In this document: positions 1-6,310 of the stretch, piece after piece
Layout of the letters: each line of letters starts with the position of its first letter
Position numbering within the stretch: position 1 is the stretch's first letter
DNA from: an uncultured virus (IMG/VR IMGVR_UViG_3300025057_000006)
Taxonomy: Duplodnaviria > Heunggongvirae > Uroviricota > Caudoviricetes
DNA length: 64,000 nt
Strand: one strand, 5' to 3'
IMG/VR virus record: IMGVR_UViG_3300025057_000006
The notes under the pieces: generated by a model
Seen by the model: the letters and a program-made list of their open reading frames with translations, nothing else
What the model was told of the DNA's origin: nothing
The model's database searches: none
Position numbers and translations under genes: made by a program

Positions 1-379
1 CTGTGTTCTTGAATGCATAGGCATGACCATACACATATTGATCAGCTTCTTTCTTAGGAGGTAGCCATGCTGCGTACCACACTTGTTCGTAGTGATACAA
101 GATGGCAATAACTTTGAGGCGAGCCTGGGGAGTTGCTACGTCCACAGGCGTAGTAAATATCCGATAGCGATCAGGTGCTTTCTGCTGGTTGATGTGATCA
201 ATCGCAGCTTGTTGATCTGCTTCACGCACCACGTTATGTGGGATGAGGTGAGGGATGTTACCCAGTGGGTACTTGGACTTCTTAGTAGTTGCAGGCTTAG
301 CCTTTTGAACCAGCACCTTCAGTGTTGGGTCGTAGGCAAGAAGTTCGGTTTGCAGGTTGGAGGGAAGTTGGAATTGCAT
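1..379 (-). CDS. Hypothetical early-region protein (partial; runs off the left edge)
   Basis: Manual translation from ATG at 379 (MQFQLPSNLQTELLAYDP...) is open to the window edge; preceded by the ACTCAA leader shared with neighbouring genes. Not in the ORF track. Confidence 0.75.
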   Translation of the reverse strand, partial: MQFQLPSNLQTELLAYDPTLKVLVQKAKPATTKKSKYPLGNIPHLIPHNVVREADQQAAIDHINQQKAPDRYRIFTTPVDVATPQARLKVIAILYHYEQVWYAAWLPPKKEADQYVYGHAYAFKNT

Positions 380-401
380 TGAATTGAGTTGGTAAAAGGA
401 A

Positions 402-429
402 TGGGCAGTTTAACGTCGTACCCAGGACG
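402..429 (-). ncRNA. Putative H-type pseudoknot cis-element (family C, copy 1)
   Basis: Minus strand CGUC-C-UGGGUA-C-GACG-UUAAAC-UGCCCA: 4-bp stem 1 and 6-bp stem 2; intergenic. Confidence 0.55.
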
Positions 430-438
430 GTTAGTCAG

Positions 439-696
439 TTAGTCAGGGTCACCTACTGAAGTGTCGAGTAGTTGCCACTGAGGATCGAGGTTATCAAGAT
501 AGGCACAGAAGCCATCTTCATCAAGAGGAATAGGTTCCCCTGGATCCAGTTCAATAGTTGTTTGACACAATGCTGGAGCCCACTCTTCAGGTTCGAAACG
601 AGTTGCCCGATAAAGCAAGCGCATTTCGTCAACAACTGCTGTAACAGTGACATGAGTGTCGGTGAATGAGGTGTCTTCGATTGCAAGGACAGTCAT
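439..696 (-). CDS. Hypothetical acidic protein
   Basis: ORF track 85 aa; coupled to the upstream gene (shared base 696). Confidence 0.75.
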   Translation of the reverse strand: MTVLAIEDTSFTDTHVTVTAVVDEMRLLYRATRFEPEEWAPALCQTTIELDPGEPIPLDEDGFCAYLDNLDPQWQLLDTSVGDPD

Positions 697-881
697 TAGT
701 TATCCTCTATGTAGGAATAGGTGGAGTACTTTACAAGGCGGTACTTCATCCACAGGCGTGCGGTGTCGTACTCACCTTCAAATCGTGTTGAATCCAACAC
801 ATTGTCTGATGCTCTGCGCCGTGCGCAGGCGGCAAGATTGATGCGATCAAACATGTTGATGTTGTCGGTTACTGCAGACAT
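696..881 (-). CDS. Hypothetical protein
   Basis: ORF track 61 aa; leader ACTCAACTCAACTC-ATG. Confidence 0.75.
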   Translation of the reverse strand: MSAVTDNINMFDRINLAACARRRASDNVLDSTRFEGEYDTARLWMKYRLVKYSTYSYIEDN

Positions 882-907
882 GAGTTGAGTTGAGTAGGTG
901 GACAGGG

Positions 908-937
908 ACTGGGACTTACACCGTAAGGATGCCCAGT
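908..937 (-). ncRNA. Bulged-hairpin cis-element (family A, copy 1)
   Basis: ACUGGG-CA-U-CC-UUAC-GG-UG-UAAGU-CCCAGU. Confidence 0.65.
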
Positions 938-940
938 TAC

Positions 941-1117
941 TTATAAATACAATATGGGATGATCTATATCAAGTACACCACATTCTTCTGTGGCAAAAGC
1001 AATTTCATCCTGAATTGCATAATATTCTTCACTGTCACAGACATAAACAGTTACGTCCATGTTCAGTTGTTCTTGACTCATTTCTTCAAGTTGAACTAAA
1101 AGTTCTCGATAGGTCAT
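941..1117 (-). CDS. Small hypothetical protein (58 aa, MTYRELLVQLEEMSQEQLNMDVTVY...)
   Basis: Manual translation; fills the gap in the co-oriented block. Confidence 0.7.
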   Translation of the reverse strand: MTYRELLVQLEEMSQEQLNMDVTVYVCDSEEYYAIQDEIAFATEECGVLDIDHPILYL

Positions 1118-1123
1118 AATTCT

Positions 1124-1324
1124 TCAGAATAATTTAATGTTTCGTTTGCTTAGTCCTGTGCCAGGGATACTGACTGATCCACGGACACCAGACTCACGAG
1201 CATTGAGTGTGAGTTGGAACGGACCAAGCTGAAACGATTTGGTGTACGACTGGATGCCACGTTCTGTGACGTTGAATCCAGCGATGGTCTTGTCAAAGTT
1301 GAGTGGTGATTTGTCTTTAGTCAT
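1124..1324 (-). CDS. DUF4236-like small protein
   Basis: C-terminal GSVSIPGTGLS resembles the IPGTGLS signature of DUF4236. Confidence 0.55.
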   Translation of the reverse strand: MTKDKSPLNFDKTIAGFNVTERGIQSYTKSFQLGPFQLTLNARESGVRGSVSIPGTGLSKRNIKLF

Positions 1325-1482
1325 TCTTTGTGCTCCATAATAATGTCAATTAGTTCATCAACTGATTCACCAATGCCCTCGGCATCTGAATACAATTGAC
1401 CATAAGATTCTTCAGACAGGGCAGCAATAACTAACCACAGAAGAGATTTCAATGCATTAACTTGTCTCTGTTGCTTATTCAT
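1321..1482 (-). CDS. Small hypothetical protein (53 aa)
   Basis: Manual translation MNKQQRQVNALKSLLWLVIAALSEE...; ATGA overlaps with both neighbours. Confidence 0.65.
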   Translation of the reverse strand: MNKQQRQVNALKSLLWLVIAALSEESYGQLYSDAEGIGESVDELIDIIMEHKE

Positions 1483-1688
1483 TTGAGGTCATCCGGTAGG
1501 AGTGCCTGTGAATCTTCTTCGTCCATGTTGGACATAACAAACTTCTCTCCATTGGGGGCAATAAAGCCCCCGATGAAACCAATGCCATACTTGTCTGCAG
1601 ATTCTTTCATCTTGGCAACAAGTTGCATTGCTTGAAGTCTTTCCATATCCAGAGAATCTGGAATACGAGGAAGGTTGGAGTTGCTCAT
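1479..1688 (-). CDS. Hypothetical protein
   Basis: ORF track 1479..1739; start moved to ATG 1688 behind an ACTCAACTCAA leader. Confidence 0.7.
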   Translation of the reverse strand: MSNSNLPRIPDSLDMERLQAMQLVAKMKESADKYGIGFIGGFIAPNGEKFVMSNMDEEDSQALLPDDLK

Positions 1689-1841
1689 TGGAATTGAGTT
1701 GAGTAACGGGAGTAGTCTACCAGTGTTGTCAAGGATCAATAGATAGATAAGTAATGGTTATACATGGTAGATAACATCTATCTATATAAGAGATATCCCT
1801 GGTACTCCCCTGCGGGGGTCCAGGGGGTAAATACTTATGTA

Positions 1842-2117
1842 CTACCTGTGCATTTCTTGATGTTCTTTCCATGCAGCAGTGTGCATTTCATCAAGAGTGC
1901 TGGGTGGTTCACCTGGTTCATTAGGTGTTGGATCGTAGTCGATCTCATCTTCAAGCATTCCAATTACCTCTAATACAACATCTGCTGTATGCGGTGTGAG
2001 ATGCTCGTCCATTTGATGGCGCTTACTCTCACGTTCTTGGATTGCCTTGAGGAGATTCACAACTTCTTGCAGTTGGTGATACTCGTTCTTCTTCCAGTTG
2101 ATTTCAGGGTAGGCCAT
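1842..2117 (-). CDS. Hypothetical protein
   Basis: ORF track 91 aa; ACTCAA leader. Confidence 0.75.
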   Translation of the reverse strand: MAYPEINWKKNEYHQLQEVVNLLKAIQERESKRHQMDEHLTPHTADVVLEVIGMLEDEIDYDPTPNEPGEPPSTLDEMHTAAWKEHQEMHR

Positions 2118-2146
2118 GGTTGAGTTGGAGTTAGGGTTGAGGTAAA

Positions 2147-2189
2147 ACCTGGGACTTACACACCTAGTTGGCGTCGGTGATGCCCAGGT
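2147..2189 (-). ncRNA. Bulged-hairpin cis-element (family A, copy 2)
   Basis: ACCUGGG-CA-U-CACC-loop-GGUG-UG-UAAGU-CCCAGGU. Confidence 0.65.
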
Positions 2190-2193
2190 ATTG

Positions 2194-2439
2194 TTAACGT
2201 ATTAGCTTTGGATCTGTCATGATCCAGCCAGTGTAGTTATCACTGCTGCGATCAACGTGTATTAAACCGTACATTTCCAGTTTGATCAATGCCTGGAGAT
2301 ATTGCTCAAGCCTGGAGCTTTGAGCGGGAAGCCTTGGAACAAAACATGGTGTGTCCCCATGCTTCTTCTTGTGGTTTAAGAAATATGTATAAAGATTACG
2401 TTGGTTGATCGTGAGTGCAACAGGTGCAGCTGCTGGCAT
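2194..2439 (-). CDS. Hypothetical protein, possibly winged-helix
   Basis: ORF track 81 aa; LTxNQRxLY...LxKLExYGLI pattern is wHTH-like. Confidence 0.65.
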   Translation of the reverse strand: MPAAAPVALTINQRNLYTYFLNHKKKHGDTPCFVPRLPAQSSRLEQYLQALIKLEMYGLIHVDRSSDNYTGWIMTDPKLIR

Positions 2440-2442
2440 GAG

Positions 2443-2811
2443 TTAGCAGTAGTGAGGTTTGGTCTGAGGGTACGCACGAGCCAGTGCGTTGGAAAACATT
2501 AGCTCGTAATTCGAGTAGGTGGTTGAGTCTCCAAGGGAAGGCTGACCTTCGATCTCGTACTCTTCGAAGTACTGGATGTAGGTTTGGATCGCTTGCTTCT
2601 TGGAGAAGATGCAGTGGCTAAGGACTGGGTATCCTGCTTGGTACCACCACCCACCTTCTTCTGGACCGCCGTAGTTGAGCGTCGTTTCGTGGATGGTGAT
2701 GACCGTTGGATCTTCATGTTCCCAATACTTGTGCTGGTTGTAGGCTCCGATTGCGTATCGGGCCTTGTAAGTGTTGGGGTAGAACTTCTTGAGTTCTGAG
2801 ATGTAAGACAT
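2443..2811 (-). CDS. Hypothetical protein
   Basis: ORF track 122 aa; YGGPEEGGWWY motif typical of phage hypothetical proteins. Confidence 0.75.
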   Translation of the reverse strand: MSYISELKKFYPNTYKARYAIGAYNQHKYWEHEDPTVITIHETTLNYGGPEEGGWWYQAGYPVLSHCIFSKKQAIQTYIQYFEEYEIEGQPSLGDSTTYSNYELMFSNALARAYPQTKPHYC

Positions 2812-2906
2812 GATGCAAACTCCGTAATGATGATTGAAATGATTGCGATCAGGATGATGATGATGTCACCTTCATCCCATGCTTGTTTCAGTGTGTAGTT
2901 AGTCAT
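2499..2906 (-). CDS. Small membrane protein with an overlapping Ser/Thr-rich tail
   Basis: N-terminal Ile-rich TM helix; start coupled to the stop of 2899..3090; tail overlaps 2443..2811 in another frame. Confidence 0.45.
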   Translation of the reverse strand: MTNYTLKQAWDEGDIIIILIAIISIIITEFASCLTSQNSRSSTPTLTRPDTQSEPTTSTSIGNMKIQRSSPSTKRRSTTAVQKKVGGGTKQDTQSLATASSPRSKRSKPTSSTSKSTRSKVSLPLETQPPTRITS

Positions 2907-3090
2907 TGATTACATACCTCTCGTTGTAATGGTCACAAGCATTTCGTTCGGCACTTGAAATTTCTTCAATGCCGTCCCATTCAAATGCTTCTGATTCACG
3001 CATAGCTTCTTCTTGCTCGTAGGCAATGTCAGACATTGCGTCAAGGAAGTCTGCGTTGCGTTGTTCATCAATGAAGTTAAAGTCTTTCAT
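2899..3090 (-). CDS. Hypothetical acidic protein
   Basis: ORF track 63 aa; ACTCAA leader. Confidence 0.7.
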   Translation of the reverse strand: MKDFNFIDEQRNADFLDAMSDIAYEQEEAMRESEAFEWDGIEEISSAERNACDHYNERYVIND

Positions 3091-3118
3091 GGTTTGAATT
3101 GAGTAAGGTTTGCAGTTG

Positions 3119-3173
3119 ACCTGGGACTTATACCACGTAATTGAGAAGAGTTCTCAACTGTGGATGCCCAGGT
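3119..3173 (-). ncRNA. Bulged-hairpin cis-element (family A, copy 3)
   Basis: ACCUGGG-CA-U-CCAC...GUGG-UA-UAAGU-CCCAGGU; apex contains TTGAGAA-N3-TTCTCAA. Confidence 0.65.
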
Positions 3174-3175
3174 GT

Positions 3176-3400
3176 TCAGTGTGGGATGAAGTCAGTGTCA
3201 TGAAGTAGCTGATGAACTGTCAAACAATCCTCAGCTACTTCGTCTCTGGTACATCCGTCCCAGTCTTCAGTCTGGTCTTCAATCACTTCGCAGCCAGCAT
3301 CTTCGAGCTGATCGACGAAATGATTCCAGCTCCTTGGTACACCCCAGACATGTGCGTAACGTCCGCTGCGATCAGCGACCAGTGCGACTGTGAATGCCAT
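3176..3400 (-). CDS. Hypothetical protein
   Basis: ORF track 3176..3526; start moved to MAFTVALV at 3400. Confidence 0.7.
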   Translation of the reverse strand: MAFTVALVADRSGRYAHVWGVPRSWNHFVDQLEDAGCEVIEDQTEDWDGCTRDEVAEDCLTVHQLLHDTDFIPH

Positions 3401-3581
3401 TGGTGGTGACGGGGGTAGAGGGGGAAGTGATATCAACACCGACAAGGGATGTAGCGGTGATGATGGTGATGATGACAGAGAAGGCGGCAATGGCAATAGA
3501 CCAACGGCGATTCTCATGAGACTCACCGTAAGAATCTAGGGTCACGTACTTGCCCTTGCCCATGGAGTAAATGCGTTTCAT
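3372..3581 (-). CDS. Small membrane protein
   Basis: ORF track 69 aa; one hydrophobic helix. Confidence 0.65.
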   Translation of the reverse strand: MKRIYSMGKGKYVTLDSYGESHENRRWSIAIAAFSVIITIITATSLVGVDITSPSTPVTTNGIHSRTGR

Positions 3582-3582
3582 G

Positions 3583-3738
3583 TCAGTTGTACTCCAGTAA
3601 TGCTGTGTTCTTGATGGTGCCGTTCTGATAACGGTGCACTAAACGTTGCAGGTTAGTCCTGTGAAAAACAACAGTGTTGTATTCCTCGATAGGAACATAA
3701 CCTAGCCTGCGCATTAGCTTGTTGATAATCTGTTTCAT
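3583..3738 (-). CDS. Small hypothetical protein (51 aa)
   Basis: Manual translation MKQIINKLMRRLGYVP...; CTCAACTCAA leader. Confidence 0.6.
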   Translation of the reverse strand: MKQIINKLMRRLGYVPIEEYNTVVFHRTNLQRLVHRYQNGTIKNTALLEYN

Positions 3739-3761
3739 TTGAGTTGAGATGTTGGGTATAC

Positions 3762-3812
3762 GTAGCCCTCGTTGAGGACTACAGAGAAGGGCCGAAGCCC
3801 CTCAGTGTAGTC
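3762..3812 (-). ncRNA. Alternative-pairing double-hairpin element (family B, copy 1)
   Basis: GACUACAC-U-GAGGGGC-UUCG-GCCCUUC-U-CUGUAGUCCUC-AAC-GAGGGCUAC. Confidence 0.6.
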
Positions 3813-3813
3813 G

Positions 3814-4059
3814 TCAGTCTTGTTCCAGTTGCCTCCGTTCCCACCGAAGCAGATCTCGGTTCAGATCTACCTTACGCTGCACGATAGCAACGAAAGGAAC
3901 AAGGTCTTGGAATTGACGCATACCGTCTTGCCACTCGAAAAACAACTCGAGAGCAGCTTGGCGCTGCGCCTCAAGTTCCTGGTCGATAGCAGGGGCATCT
4001 CTCCTGGCGAGCAGACGAGCGTCTTGGATCAGGAGATGTTCAACAGCTTTAGGAGTCAT
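3814..4059 (-). CDS. Hypothetical helical protein
   Basis: ORF track 3814..4134; start moved to MTPKAVEH at 4059. Confidence 0.7.
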   Translation of the reverse strand: MTPKAVEHLLIQDARLLARRDAPAIDQELEAQRQAALELFFEWQDGMRQFQDLVPFVAIVQRKVDLNRDLLRWERRQLEQD

Positions 4060-4090
4060 GGTTGAGTCCAGTTGGTGTCGTGTGGTGTAG

Positions 4091-4150
4091 TGCAGAGCTA
4101 AGCCCTGCAGAAACCCATCACATCCAGTGGACATGATGGGAAAGTGCAGA
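4091..4150 (-). ncRNA. Family B element, copy 2
   Basis: UCUGCAC-UUU-12-bp hairpin-UUU-CUGCAGGGC-UUA-GCUCUGCA. Confidence 0.6.
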
Positions 4151-4152
4151 GA

Positions 4153-4356
4153 TCAGTTGATGTACTTACTGTTGATGCAGTAGTACGTATCGCCAAGGAA
4201 TCCTTGGACGTAAATCAAATTATGTCCTGGTCGGTCATGGCACGTTGCTTGGTAGTGCTTGTTGAGAAGCTTCTGCATTCCAACAGAGCCAAGTAAACCC
4301 ACGCCAGTGCCAAGAATGATAGCCACACAGGAGTCAACAAAGTGATTGCTTGACAT
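4153..4356 (-). CDS. Small membrane protein with a Cys pair
   Basis: ORF track 67 aa; N-terminal TM helix. Confidence 0.7.
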   Translation of the reverse strand: MSSNHFVDSCVAIILGTGVGLLGSVGMQKLLNKHYQATCHDRPGHNLIYVQGFLGDTYYCINSKYIN

Positions 4357-4358
4357 GA

Positions 4359-4547
4359 TCAGATGTTGTTCTTGGGGGTGATGACGAATGCCATGTCGTT
4401 GGGCATCATGAGTGCCGCTGCACGCAGACGATACTCATTCAGCTTGGTACGAGCAGCATCCTTGGTAGGAAGCTTGGCATTCTCTACAGCAGCAGCTGTG
4501 TTGACCAGCAGTGCTGCAATGTTCTTACGAATGTGTAATGCAGTCAT
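4359..4547 (-). CDS. Hypothetical protein
   Basis: ORF track 62 aa; ACTCAACTCA leader. Confidence 0.7.
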   Translation of the reverse strand: MTALHIRKNIAALLVNTAAAVENAKLPTKDAARTKLNEYRLRAAALMMPNDMAFVITPKNNI

Positions 4548-4568
4548 GGTCTGAGTTGAGTTAGTGGA

Positions 4569-4640
4569 TACAGGATGTTGAGTCCTGCAGTAAACCCACC
4601 GCCGATACGAATTCGTATCAACGGAAGGGTTAAGTGCAGA
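4569..4640 (-). ncRNA. Family B element, copy 3
   Basis: UCUGCAC-UUA-hairpin (apex is palindrome GATACGAATTCGTATC)-UUA-CUGCAGGA-CUCAACA-UCCUGUA. Confidence 0.6.
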
Positions 4641-4646
4641 AGTCGA

Positions 4647-4919
4647 TTACATCAGTTGGTACCTACGTTCTTGCTCCATGGCAATGGAGTAGTTGTAATA
4701 GTCTTCCATCTCCATGAGCATATCCTTCATGGATGTTGGTAGACCACTGCCGAGTGTACGTACGTCACGGTCTTGCCACTCTTGCCATTCGGCATTTGTG
4801 TCTGGGTCAAAGAGATTCCAAAGCTTCTCGAAATGAAGCTGGGTAGACTCTCCGCCATACCATGTGACACGATACTTACGTTCGGCAGATGGTTTGTAAA
4901 CGAGTGCAGGAGTTTGCAT
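4647..4919 (-). CDS. Hypothetical protein
   Basis: ORF track 90 aa; ACTCAACTCAA leader. Confidence 0.75.
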   Translation of the reverse strand: MQTPALVYKPSAERKYRVTWYGGESTQLHFEKLWNLFDPDTNAEWQEWQDRDVRTLGSGLPTSMKDMLMEMEDYYNYSIAMEQERRYQLM

Positions 4920-4942
4920 GGTGTTGAGTTGAGTGGACTGTG

Positions 4943-4990
4943 TACAGGATGTTGAGTCCTGTTGAGGGGACCGTAGTCCCCAGAGCAGGA
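4943..4990 (-). ncRNA. Family B element, copy 4
   Basis: UCCUGCUC-U-GGGGAC-UACG-GUCCCC-U-CAACAGGA-CUCAACA-UCCUGUA; shares 19 identical nt with copy 3. Confidence 0.6.
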
Positions 4991-4995
4991 ATCAG

Positions 4996-5184
4996 TTAGA
5001 TCTCGTAGCCGTTGGTGATACACCAATCACGGTGGATTTGATCAGCCTCCTTGGGCCAGTCATGAGTAATACATTGCTTGGCAGTTGCCTTATCAATGAA
5101 GTAAGCAGCAACTGGACCAGCGATGATACCCATGGCGAATGCCTGAATGATGATCAGTGCAGCTACGTTGTGTCCTTTGATCAT
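4996..5184 (-). CDS. Small membrane protein with a Cys pair
   Basis: ORF track 62 aa; N-terminal TM helix. Confidence 0.7.
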   Translation of the reverse strand: MIKGHNVAALIIIQAFAMGIIAGPVAAYFIDKATAKQCITHDWPKEADQIHRDWCITNGYEI

Positions 5185-5210
5185 GGTCGTGTTGAGTGCA
5201 ATGGAACGTC

Positions 5211-5235
5211 GCTACGTTTAACGTCCAGCTCGACG
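5211..5235 (-). ncRNA. Putative pseudoknot (family C, copy 2)
   Basis: CGUC-GAGCUG-GACG-UUAAAC-GUAGC; loop GCUG can pair with UAGC. Confidence 0.5.
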
Positions 5236-5303
5236 AAGCCTCGCTTAATTACTGTCCTATCTCAAACCCGTTGGGGGGCGGGGGATTTCCCAACCTTACG
5301 CAC

Positions 5304-5319
5304 GATACGAATTCGTATC
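5304..5319. promoter_or_regulatory. 16-bp perfect palindrome, putative operator (second copy at 4604-4619)
   Basis: GATACGAATTCGTATC occurs identically twice, both in intergenic DNA. Confidence 0.55.
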
Positions 5320-5398
5320 AGACCAGGAATTGTGTACAGAATGTACGGTGTTGAGGGCTATATAAACCCCTGGCTCTCACCAGGGGAATAGATAACCG

Positions 5399-5680
5399 TC
5401 AGACCTTGTGGATCATGACGCACTTGAGTCCGTCTTCTGTTGTATAGATTCTCATGCTCAGCTTCTCGCCTCGCATGTCACATACAACTTGAAACAGATA
5501 TTGTGGCTGACAGATCTGGCGCAGCTCACTGTAGATGAACTCCGCCGAGCTAAAGTCCTCCAGCAATTCGTATGCCATCTCCACATAGCTGTGGAAAAGC
5601 TTCGCATTGCTTTCGGTCGGTCGCTCGCCTGTCTTCTGGCGCCAGTCATACTGCCAGCGCTTTGCCTGTTGTCCTTGCAT
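5399..5680 (-). CDS. Hypothetical protein
   Basis: ORF track 93 aa; co-oriented with the early block. Confidence 0.45.
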   Translation of the reverse strand: MQGQQAKRWQYDWRQKTGERPTESNAKLFHSYVEMAYELLEDFSSAEFIYSELRQICQPQYLFQVVCDMRGEKLSMRIYTTEDGLKCVMIHKV

Positions 5681-5925
5681 GGTATGGTATGCAGTGGTAC
5701 TCTGCGTGGTACGGATGCGCAGCCCCCGCTATCTATATCAAACCCCTCCACCTTTCTTTTTTTCTATACAGGATCCAATTCGGTCAGGGTGTTGGAGAAG
5801 CGTCAGGTAATTTTGTACCCTATTTGCCCTATATAAGGCCCCTCTTTGTAGTAATAAATACCTATTTTTGTAATTTACATTGTATTTTTGTATGTAATTT
5901 TCCTAATTAACCCCAAAATTCCAAC

Positions 5926-5950
5926 AAAAAACCGGGGTTTTACCCCCGGT
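5926..5950 (-). terminator. Intrinsic terminator
   Basis: ACCGGGG/CCCCGGT stem followed by a T run on the minus strand, downstream of 5977..6183. Confidence 0.7.
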
Positions 5951-5976
5951 AACCAATTAAAATTTAAAATACGTCT

Positions 5977-6183
5977 TTAGAATGTATTTTGTGCTTTTTG
6001 CGATGCTTTTAAAGCAGAGGCATATTGCTGCCAGTCGGGTTTTTGACGCGCTAACTCGCCTCTTGCTGCAGAGACAAACGTTTGTACCTCAAAAGGTTCT
6101 TTGCCCTGGTCTATTAATTCTTCTGCTTTTGATTTAATTGCTTCCAGGCCAATGACCCGTTGCATTCTGTCTTTTTCGTCCAT
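5977..6183 (-). CDS. Hypothetical protein
   Basis: ORF track 68 aa; followed by a terminator. Confidence 0.7.
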   Translation of the reverse strand: MDEKDRMQRVIGLEAIKSKAEELIDQGKEPFEVQTFVSAARGELARQKPDWQQYASALKASQKAQNTF

Positions 6184-6310
6184 GGCTTAATTTTATTTTC
6201 CCCCTAATCGGAGGTAAAACTCGGGCTTGTTTTAAGTCTATAACACTTATTTTTTTAAATTCTTGCCTTTAAAATAAAAATAACAAGCAATATCAAACAT
6301 ATTTATTCTC

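Noticed and set aside
3762..3820. Hammerhead ribozyme in the family B elements
   Set aside because: No CUGAnGA plus GAAA core in the required arrangement
83..5910. Plus-strand ORFs in the early block (e.g. 83..382, 5032..5391, 5408..5836)
   Set aside because: Antisense to a tightly packed minus-strand gene set that has consistent leaders
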